Assembly: GCF_004010195.1 (NCBI RefSeq)
Contig: NC_057755.1
Span: 6,942,498-6,980,981, forward strand
Length of the DNA stretch: 38,484 nucleotides
Direction: 5' to 3'
Source of the DNA: Chiloscyllium plagiosum
Taxonomy: Eukaryota
In this document: in pieces, positions 24,601 through 34,292 of the stretch
Layout: the number at the start of each line of letters is the position of its first letter
Numbering within the stretch: position 1 is the stretch's first letter
Translations under genes and position numbers: made by a program
The notes under the pieces: model-generated
What the model was told of the DNA's origin: nothing
The model's database searches: none
What the model saw: the letters and a program-made list of their open reading frames with translations, nothing else

Positions 24601-27600
24601 AAAGATTCTCCACAATCCTTTTAGCTGTGACATTACGTAATGGGATTGCCTCAGGAAGTCGAGTCGATACATCCATTATTGCTACTCAATAGTGATTCTC
24701 ACTATTTGTTCGAGGTAGGGGATCTATGCAATCAGTCAAGAGTGTTGTGAAAGGTTTCTCAAATACTGGAATAGCTATTAAAGGTGCAGGCTTTATTACT
24801 GCCCATGCTTTTCAATTAGCTGACAGGTATATCACGTCCGGAAAAAATCAACTGCATCCTTGTGTAGTCCAGACCAGTAAAAATGTCATTGTATTTTTCC
24901 GTCTGTTTTCCTCACTCCTACATGACCTCCAAGTGGTAGCTCATGTGCCACTCGCCACACTTCCTTTCTATACCCTACTGGCAAAACAATCTGATGAACC
25001 TCTGCCCATTTCCCATCAGCTTGAATGTGTGATTGTCTACATTTCCTCATCAATCATTTGTTCAGTAATAACTAACAGGGATGCATTCATTCTCCTCTGC
25101 ATATGCCTTTTGATGCAACTGTTTGAAGTTCTCGTCTTTCCACTGTAACACAATAAGCTTAGCAGAGATAAAGATACTTGCATGTTTTCTTATTTGCTCA
25201 TGTTTTGGACCACTTACTTGATTAAAAAAATGATAATGCAATTTCAGCTTCCTTATCCATGCCTTTTGATGTCTCCTGCTTCAGCGATCTGTGACTCTGC
25301 GATCTCGTTAAGTCACAATCTGGGAATAGTCCTGGATAAACATCCTGTACTGCTTAAGTTGCCTGCGTCTCCTTGGCTTTTCCAGAAGAGTAGGCAGCAC
25401 GCCTACTGGTGAATCAGCGCTATCATTTGCAAGGACAAATTATATTCCTGGAGCTGAGTATTTGACCAGCACTCCTACCACAAATTATCCACTCTTTTCT
25501 GGACTCTACAGCCTCACTTTACACAATTGAGCACTTTTTGTCTAAGCATGTATCCCCGTTACCAGTACCTTTTCTGGCAATAGTCGTTCAGAAGTACATA
25601 TCTCCTCATCCTTCAGCATAACAGACTAAGAGGACCCTGTGCTCCTTAATAATGTAACCTCACTCCATGCTATCCTGGCCTATATGGATAAACTTTACTC
25701 TTGCATTGAATTTTTTAAAGTAGATCTGTCACTTGCTCGTTAATGAACCGCTAATCAGCACGTGGACTCTGATTAAGCTTCCTAGCTTCCACTGTGCTTT
25801 CTGTCACCATGCCAATAAAACTTCCAAGCTTGTCCTGTTTTCCGACATCTGGCTTTCTCCTCGCCCACCAACACTGCGATTTCATGTGGCCCAGTTTATT
25901 ACAATGAAAACATCGGAGCTTTTGACCTTCTTTGTCCCCTTCAAGGGTTTCCTTTTACACTGTGGTAAGTTGTCCTTATGATCTTCACTCAGATCTACCT
26001 TTCCCTTTCCACGTGAGGATTTCTCTTTGCTCTCATTTCTACCCCTCATGGACTGAATTTGATTCTGGAAACCAAACCGTGTTTTATGGTCCCGCTCATA
26101 ACCATCAGCCACGTCAGCTGCTAAGTTTGCCAATCTGACTCTCTGCTCGTCCACATGAGTTTTCATTGCTTCAGGCAGTGAATTTTTGAATTCCTCCAGA
26201 ATAAATACCTTTCTAAGGGCGTCGTAGCTTTGCTCTATTTTTAATGCTGTTATCCGTCTATCGAAATTACTTTGATCCTTTCAAATTCAATGTAATTTTA
26301 ACCAGGGTCCTTCCTTATATTCCAGAAACATTGATTGTCGGCTTAAGGTACAAGCTTATATGAACCGCCTCATGTACCCCAGACACCTCCTCGGATAGTG
26401 ATGCAAGAACCTTTCTCGCCCTACCTGCCAGCTTTGTTTGGATCAACAAAATCCATATGGCCACTGTATTTATTTAGCAGCTTTTTCAAATGAGATGAAA
26501 AAGGCTTCTCATTAAATTCAGGAAATGCTTGAATATACTTAAACAATTTCTCTTCAGGCTTTCGCCCACCATGCGTTTGCTAGTCCCCATGCTCTTCCTC
26601 ACTAGATCTGCCTTCAGCCTTCAGCCTTCTCCTCCATCCTTTTAAGCTGACTTTGCCTTCGAAGTGCCAGCTTTTGAAGTTCAAACTCTCTTTTGTTTCT
26701 TTCTCTTCTGCCAACGCCCTTCATTCTTTTCTTTCTCTTCTGCTTTTACCCGTGACTGAAGTGGTTTCATTTCTGCTGCTCCTTCCTTCTCTCTCTCCTG
26801 TAATGCAAGTTGCTTTATTTGCGATTGAGTTCCATCCATCTCTATAGCTTCTGATGGTGTGTCCAGCAAATGTAAAGGTTGAGCTACTTCTGAAGTCATT
26901 GCATCTTTCCTCGCATTAGGAGGTATCTTCAACACCAGCTTGTCTTGAATCACCTGCAGCTTGGTCTGTAAAACTTCCAAAGTCACATCGTCCTCCTCCC
27001 AAAACCTCTTGCTAAGGGTAAGAGCCATTGCTACCCCAATCTTTGTTTACCCAACCAAACCAACACCCGTAATAAAGACACTACCACCTACCGCTTGCTG
27101 CTAAATCTGAAATGAGATCCAATCTTTACAGACCAGGCCAGATCACTCAAAACATTCTTAAGCAGGCATCCAATACCGTACCTTTGCTATTTGTTTCGGT
27201 AAGTGTACAGTGAAAATTATCAGAAGTAAGTCAGCTACGTTGACTATCAGGTTTTAAAACAGCCAAAAATGTATTCATAAAGTTATGGAATGAAAAACAA
27301 AGAATAGAATGTAGACTATCCACAGAACTCAGTTTATCCAAACTACAATTATTTATGCTGATCATAAAGGTATATGCAACAGTCTCAATAAACAAACCCC
27401 TTAAGCCTTGAGTAAAACTAAAATAGAGGTCGACAGGCCAAAATTAGAAGTGCATAGAAGAGAGAGTTTGCGAGCCTGTTTCTGCACAGGCCACTGTTGA
27501 ACAGACTCAAACAAGAGTTCGGCTTTTAGGACTGACCACTCCCCTTTCATTAAACACGTCACTTCTAAAAGATTCGGCCTAAAGTCTCAAGTGTTTACAC

Positions 27601-27735
27601 ATAAACAAAAAGGCCTCCCACTAAATCCTTTCATCTCTGTACCAAACCAACCTTTTGACCCCTCAAACAAATGATCAAGGGCGCAGTAACCTGAGAAAAG
27701 GAATAGATTTAGGAAAATGGACCAGTTTTGGGAAA
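21697..27735 (-). mobile_element. Near full-length decayed Gmr1-like Ty3/Gypsy LTR retrotransposon
   Basis: LTRs at about 27124-27735 and 21697-22330 (TGTCACA...GTAACA), PPT aagggggaaga. Order: gag with LEEFKNSLPEAMKTHVDEQ and CFHCNKLGHMKSQC knuckle (about 25872-25913); protease LRSTGS (about 25640); integrase (SDQG, YHPESQG, FSGPY; about 24950-23960); RT YIDD (23300); RNase H SIDGSDVG/YTDH. Confidence 0.92.
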
Positions 27736-29920
27736 ATGCCAGGAAACAATGGAGTAAATCTCCGCTGACCCCTTTCCAAAGCTTCCACATTCTTCCTATC
27801 ATGTGGTGACCAGAACGGTGCACCGTACTCCAAGAGTGACCGGACCAGAGATTTGTACAGCTGCAACATGACATTATGGTTACAAAACTCAGTCCTTTTT
27901 ATTACTAAAGACATTACACTCTATGTCTTCTTAATATACCTGTGAAACTGGGTGGTAACTTTCAGTTCTATGTACATGGACACCAAGCATTCTGTGTTCA
28001 TTTGTATTACCATCAGCGTAATACTTTGCATTCTTGTTTCTTCTTCCAAAGTGAATCACCTCGCACTTTTCCCTGGTAAATTCCATTTGCCACCTCTCAG
28101 CCCTCTACAGCTTATCTATATCCCTCTGTAACCTAAAACATCCTTTGGCCCTCTTCACAATTCTACTGACCTTAGTGTCATCCGCAAATTTACCAGCCCA
28201 TCCCTCTACGCACTCAGCTCATTCACTATAAAGCTGATAAAACTGATCCTGTGGTATGCCACTAGTAACTGAACTCCACGATGAACATTTCCCATCAACC
28301 ACCACCCTCTGTCTTCTTTCAGCTCGCCAATTTCTGATTCAAACCGATAAATCATCCTCAATCCCATGCCTCCTTATTTTGTGCAATAGCCTATTGTAGG
28401 AGACCTTATCAAACACCTTACTGAATCCATATCCACCACACCAATCCCTCATCTACCTATTTATTCACCTTCTCAAAGGACACAATAAGGTTTGTGAGGC
28501 ACTATCTACCCTTCACAAAACCGTGTTGACCATCATAATTAATGTACACCTTTCTAGATGATTATATATCCTATCTCTTATCACCTATTCTAACATTTAA
28601 CCCATAATCGAAGCAAAGGTCATTGGTCTTTAATTACCAGGGTTGTCTCTACTCCCCTTCTTGAACAAGAGAACAACATTTCATATCATACAGCCTTCCA
28701 GCACTATTCCTGTAGGCAATGACGGCATAAAGATTAAAGCTTGGCAATCTCCTCCTTGACTTCCCAGAGAATCCTATGATAAATCCGATCTGGCCCAGGG
28801 GACATATTTATTTTCACACTACAGAATTGCTAAAACCTCCTACTGGTGAACTTTAATCCCATCTATTATAGTAGCCTGTAACTCAGCATTCTCCTCGACA
28901 ACACTCCCTTTTTCCAGTGTGAATACTGACAAAGAATATTCATTAGCGCTTCCCCTATCTCCTCTGAATCCACGCACAACTTCCCACTACTATCCTTGTT
29001 TGACCCTAATCTTACTCTAAACATTCTTTAATTCCTGATGTACCGAGGAAAGCCTTAGGGTTTTCCTTGATTCTACCTACTTCGCATATACCTTCCTGGC
29101 TCTTCTTAGCTCTCTCTTTGTGTCTTTCTTGGTGAACGTGTCACTTTCAAGTTCCCTAGCTGAGCATTCATGCCTTATCCGAGTATAAGCATACCCCGTT
29201 GTTTTGACAAAAGCTTCAACTTTTGGAAACCACAACCTCTTCGCCCGAATACTCCCTCCCTGCCTGACAGGAACATACTTATCAAGAAGACACAGTCGCT
29301 GTTGCTTGATTAAGCTGCACATTTCAATTGTGCCCATCCCCTGCAGCTTCCTTTCCCATCTTCTGCATCCTAAATCATGCCTAATCACATCATAATTGCC
29401 TTTCCCCCAGCTATAGCTGTTATCCTGCGATATATACTGATCCTTTTCCATCGCTAAAGTAAACATAATCGAAAGGTGGACATTATCGCCCACGTTCTCA
29501 CTTACCTCCAAATCTAACACCTGGCCGGGTTCATTATCCAGTACCAAATCCAACGTGTCCTAGCCCCTTGTTGGCCTGTCTACATACTGTGTCAGGAAAC
29601 CCTCATGCACACATTGAAGGAAATCTGATCCAACAAATGTACTAGAACTACAGTATTCCCAGTCAATATTTGGAAAGTTAAAACCCCCACAGTAGCTATC
29701 CTGTCACTCTCGCTCCTATCGAGAATCATGTTTGCTGTCCTTTCCTCAGCATCTCTGGAACTGTTTGGAGAACTATAGAAGACTCCCAATAGAGAAACTT
29801 CTCCTTTCCTCTTTCTAAACTCAACCCATGCAAACTCAGTAGGCGAGTCGTCAAACATCTTTTCTGCCACTTTAATACTGTCATCGATCAACAATGCCAC
29901 ACCTCCCTCTTTAAAACTTA
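27736..29920 (-). mobile_element. CR1 ORF2 (endonuclease to RT), decayed
   Basis: GVFYSSPNS, MDLVLDNEPGQV and MLQLYKSLVRSLLEYGAPFWSP. Confidence 0.9.
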
Positions 29921-29987
29921 TTTTCTGTTCTTACTGAATCCTCGGGCAATTTATTCAAATTCATAACAAAAAATAGTATTCACTCAC

Positions 29988-30057
29988 CAGGGACACCGAT
30001 GACTGCAAGAACTGGATAATAAATCTCCTTTATCACTAGAATAATTGGTCGGTCCAT
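29988..30057 (-). CDS. GPR139-like GPCR, coding exon 1 (MDRPIILVIKEIYYPVLAVIGVP+G)
   Basis: ATG at 30057, 70 nt, ending CCTG|GTGAGT (canonical donor at 29987). The phase-1 join with exon 2 gives YYPVLAVIGVPANLVTIM, a complete TM1 with the conserved Asn. Total 978 nt = 325 aa plus stop. Confidence 0.88.
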
Positions 30058-30066
30058 TACGTTGTT

Positions 30067-30085
30067 CTGAAAGAATGATATGTTG
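30067..30085 (-). promoter_or_regulatory. Candidate splice acceptor 9 nt upstream of the ATG, implying an upstream 5'UTR exon
   Basis: Minus strand reads catatcattctttcAG|aacaacgtaATG. Confidence 0.5.
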
Positions 30086-30184
30086 TGTTCAATTTGATAC
30101 CCTCGGAACAGCACCTGCGCACAGCAGTAGAAGGAAACCAGAACTAAAACAAGGCTCTGCGGGCGATGGAGGTCTCAAACTAAC

Positions 30185-30285
30185 ACACAGAATGCTGGAG
30201 AAACTCGGCAGGTTTGGCAGCGTCTGTGCAGAGAAAGAGACAACTTTAACATTTCAGGACAAGTGACCCTTCATCAGAACTGAAA
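30185..30285 (-). mobile_element. Penelope-type terminal repeat with hammerhead-like motif
   Basis: Minus strand gttCTGATGAagggtcacttgtcctGAAAtgTTaa...gacgctgccaaacctgccgagtttctccagcattc. Confidence 0.6.
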
Positions 30286-31619
30286 TCAGTTGGGGAAGAA
30301 GGGAAGGAGTCAATAGCAGACATGCAGAGCGTGTGAATAGCGACTGTTTTTTAAAAAAAAGACAAGAGGCAAGCAAAAGGATTGCTGATGGTGAGCCAAG
30401 AGATTAAAGATGTGGAGGGTGCTGCCGCAAATTCTGAATGGTTGAAACTGGATTGGCTTCGCGGGTAGCATACAGAACAGTTTCGAACGGCGTTGGGTGC
30501 GTTAATGAATATGAGGGAGAATGATTACGTTCCCCAACTATCATATTTATCAACAGATAATCCCTCAAAGGAATCCAAGTGATTATTAGTAATTAGTATC
30601 ATTTAGAGTCTTTTAACAAATTGGTTCTGAATCGTTGTTCTTACTTCATGCGCCAGATGATAATGCATTATTAATTGTGCAATTGAAAGGTTTCAGGTAA
30701 GAGTTTCCTTTGTTTCCATGTGGACTGGGGTATTGTCCTATTCTGGCTCTTGCTAAATAAACAGAAAGCAGTGCCCCTTGTTTCCTTGTTTTCTTCGTAA
30801 CTGAAAAATGTTAAGGAGTGATTGAGTGGAAATCTTCAAGTAGTTAACAGCCTTTCTGATGTCAAGACAGCAGAAGATTGAGTGCCAACCGCAATTAAAT
30901 AGGATCAGAAGAATTATTGCTTTGTTTCTTAACTGCACTTGATGGTTTGAATGACCTATCTGTTGGGCTGTAGATCTCAGGGACAGCAGAAACTGTTCAG
31001 CATAGTTCAGATCTATAGGCCACTTGTGTTCTTTCACATTGCAGTTGGATCACTGTCAATGTGCAGCAGGTTAGTTGCTCAAACAGGAGTACAGGTCACT
31101 CTTGCTGCTTTAGGACATTTGTGGCTTAGTGGCAGTGTAGCTATCCCTGAGTGAGGAGGCCTGGGTTCAAGTCTCTCCTGCTCTGGCAATGTGTAATAAC
31201 ATATTGATGAGAAATTTTTGATGTGTCCTATTGTTGCAGCATTGAACTCTGTATCTGCTGTGTTTAACTGTATGAATGCACAATTCTATTGTGTGTATGG
31301 CAGAGGGTACCATGAGGAACATAAATAACATCACAGCAGTTGGAAGTGCCCGATCCCCGGAGTAATGGGTAAACATTTGCAATATTATGTTGAGTGTAGG
31401 CTTGCAGCATTGGTAGGCCGACAGTTTCATCACTTCAGTAAGTGACGAGTTACCACTCGGTGTAACTGCAAGTACAACAAGACATCAGCACCAGTTTAGG
31501 GGAACAGAGAGCCCTGTGGTGTTACATGGGATTTTCCAAAGATCAAACATGCCCGGAGTACAAGTAGCATGTTGAAGACAAATCTGGGATTGTTAAATCA
31601 AGCAGCGTAGGAGGTTTAG

Positions 31620-31925
31620 AACAGGAGGAGGCCATTCAGGTCTGTTCATCAATCAATGTGATCATGGTTCGTCTGTGGCCTCATTGCGGATACTTGCCTT
31701 TGGCTCATTTCCCTTGGTATGTTTGCTTAACACAATATGTCCATCTCAGATTTACAATAAGCCATTGATCCAGCATCCAATGCCGTTTGTGAAAGAGAGT
31801 TCCTCTACTACCCTTTGTGTGGAAATGCTTTCTAAAATTTCTCCTGAATGCTCTGGCCCTGACTCAAACCTGATGTTCCCTCGTTCTGGAATCCTGAAAA
31901 GTAAAAATAGTTTATCTTTATGAAA
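31620..31925 (-). mobile_element. Old CR1 3' end fragment
   Basis: aggaggaggccattcag 3'UTR signature and STQRVVEELSF. Similar fragments lie at about 20755-21065 and 33350-33570. Confidence 0.55.
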
Positions 31926-32004
31926 TCTGCTCATGACTCTATTATGAACTTAAGTTATTTGTATTGTCATATTAATTGAGCTGACATGGAGCAGAGTGTA
32001 GGTA

Positions 32005-32212
32005 TTAATGTGTTAGTGTGCGTGTTAGTGTGGTCGTTAGCGTGTTAGATTGTTAGAGTATGTTAGTTAGTGTAAAAGTTCGTGTGTTAGAGTGAGTTAC
32101 TGATTGCATTAGCGTGGTTGAGTGTGTTTGTGTGGGTGTCTGTGTGTGTGTATGCGTGTGTGTGCACATGTGCGTGTGTGTGTGCGTGTGAGCATGCGCG
32201 TGCGCGGATGTA
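32005..32212. repeat. Degenerate GTTA/GT microsatellite
   Basis: gtgttag repeats grading into (GT)n/(GCGT)n. Confidence 0.85.
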
Positions 32213-34292
32213 TTCTCGTGTGACAAGGGGATATCATGCTCGGTCATCAAATAGAATGAGTTCCTTTATGTGAAATTTGTACCTTGCCCAAGGTTGGTCT
32301 GAAATTTCTCTATACCAGGTAAATGTTATCTTTGAAATAGATCTCACTCAGAGAGGCCGGCATCTTTCATAGTTGAGCTAAAAATCTTTAGTGTTCACGT
32401 TCCACATCAACGAGAGTTGTGTTGACTTCATCCCTTGATTGATTGTGCAAGCAATATCCTCCACATTTGGTGATTTAAACAACACCGCCCCACCAGCCGC
32501 CCTTTCTCCTCCACGCACACACACCCAAACATATAGATTTTACTTTAAACAACAGAGATTGAAAGCTGCATGATGGGCACAGTTTTACTGTCATATTTTA
32601 CACTAAAATTACCAGATTCCGGAAAGAGAGAAATGGAGAGGGGACAGAGTGGATGTAGAGAACAGTTGCCTTGACCACTTCTCCCTGTTCAATCTTTCTC
32701 CCCAGAACACTAGAGACTTTGCCAGCTGTTCAACGCTTCGTCATTTTCAGATGTCCTTCCTGAGTGAACAAACCGGTAACTTCCCCAGTGCAATTTAGAT
32801 ATTAAAGCATGCAACGTTTGCATCAAGAGTCCTTTCAACTATTTCAGCTGTGCTTTCAACAAATTTAATAACTTTTGGTCAACCCATGAGCTTCCTTCTC
32901 AAAATTGGGTGAAACACTTTTCTCTGTCAATATCATCAGAATTATCATTTTGCCAGCCGTGCTATAGAAACTTGGGAATCACATCATATATTGTCAAGAC
33001 TTTAGTCATTTATAATTAACATTAAAATATGCATTGATATAATTGTATCATTGCTGTATCTCTCCGGAACTATTTAATTATATCTCATTGAAAAGCTTCG
33101 AGTTGACATTGATCAGTTAATCACTCCTGAAAAAAAAAATTTAGAATATTTATCTTACATTCAGTTAACCTGATGTCTCTGGTAAATGTTGAAGCAAGCA
33201 GATAATAAAGATTTTCTGCCTTTTCCATGCCAAGCATTATTCTGTGTACGTCTTTTTAAAAAAATATTGCGTGACCATTATTGCCTTGCCCTTATTTTTA
33301 TCTTAGTTTCATTGCAGCAGCAATTCAAGAGCGTTCCATATCAGAAGGCCATAAGAAATAGCAACAACAATCAGCCACTCTGCCCCTCTAGCCTGATCTG
33401 CTCTTCTATAGGTTCATGGCTGACTGGAGACTCCGCATGTCCTCTTTTCTGCCCTTTACCCACAACCCTTAACTTCCCCTCCTGATGAAGAATCTATCTA
33501 TCTCGGCCTTAAATATAAACAAAGATAATGTCCCACAGCTATCCCTGGGAAAAATAATCACGAATCTACAACAATAAGCGTATGCCATACCGTCCTGTAA
33601 TATCAAAGGATGGTCACCAAAATCGATGATCAATTACCCTAATGCTCATAACAAATAAATCTGTCTATGTTACGAACTAAGTGGATGAGACAAAGGATGC
33701 TTAATGATTTGTCTCGTTAACCATAACTGCAAGGAAGCCAAGAAAATTACAAAGACTTATGAGTTGTGTCTGTTCCTTTGTGGGTATGCCAAGCACCTTT
33801 GTCCTGTGATGTTGTTCCATTTGTTCATTTTGGTGAAAGGTTTTTCGGTTATTAAGATGCGTCATCTCCTCATGAACACGTGAGTGAAATGGAGCAGCAA
33901 AAATCTCCTCAGTGAACGTTATTCTGATAGTGTTGCATCACGTTTACTTTATCCTCAACAAGGGTCATATTGCTCTATAAATAAGGACGAGTGACTGAAC
34001 TCAAATGCGTTGGAAGTGAATACATTGATCTGAGTCAATTTCCAACACTCTTCAGAGAATGGTGCAGCCAACAATTGTCCAGATAAAGATAATTTACTAT
34101 CCGATCCTGGCAGCCTTTGGTATTTCTGGTAAGAAAGTAACATTCTGTTGTTTCATATGGTCATTGAATTGTCACAGCGCAGAAAGGGATGTCTGACACC
34201 CTGCTACTGCCTTGTGACAGTTTCTAACGATATGCTCAGTGAAGATATTTTAGACACATCAGAAGTAGGGGCAAGAGGAGGTGATTCAGTTG

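Noticed and set aside
27100..27123. Primer-binding site of the Gmr1 element (tRNA-Pro-like)
   Set aside because: Position fits, but the sequence (ttggatctcatttcagattt) is too degenerate to assign.
32005..32100. Interstitial telomere-like (TTAG) repeats
   Set aside because: No TTAGGG units; better explained as a decayed GT microsatellite.
32053..32250. His/Thr-rich ORF
   Set aside because: Translation of a (CA)n microsatellite.
33482..33500. CTGATGA as another hammerhead core
   Set aside because: No stem II or GAAA follows; it lies in a CR1 3'UTR fragment.
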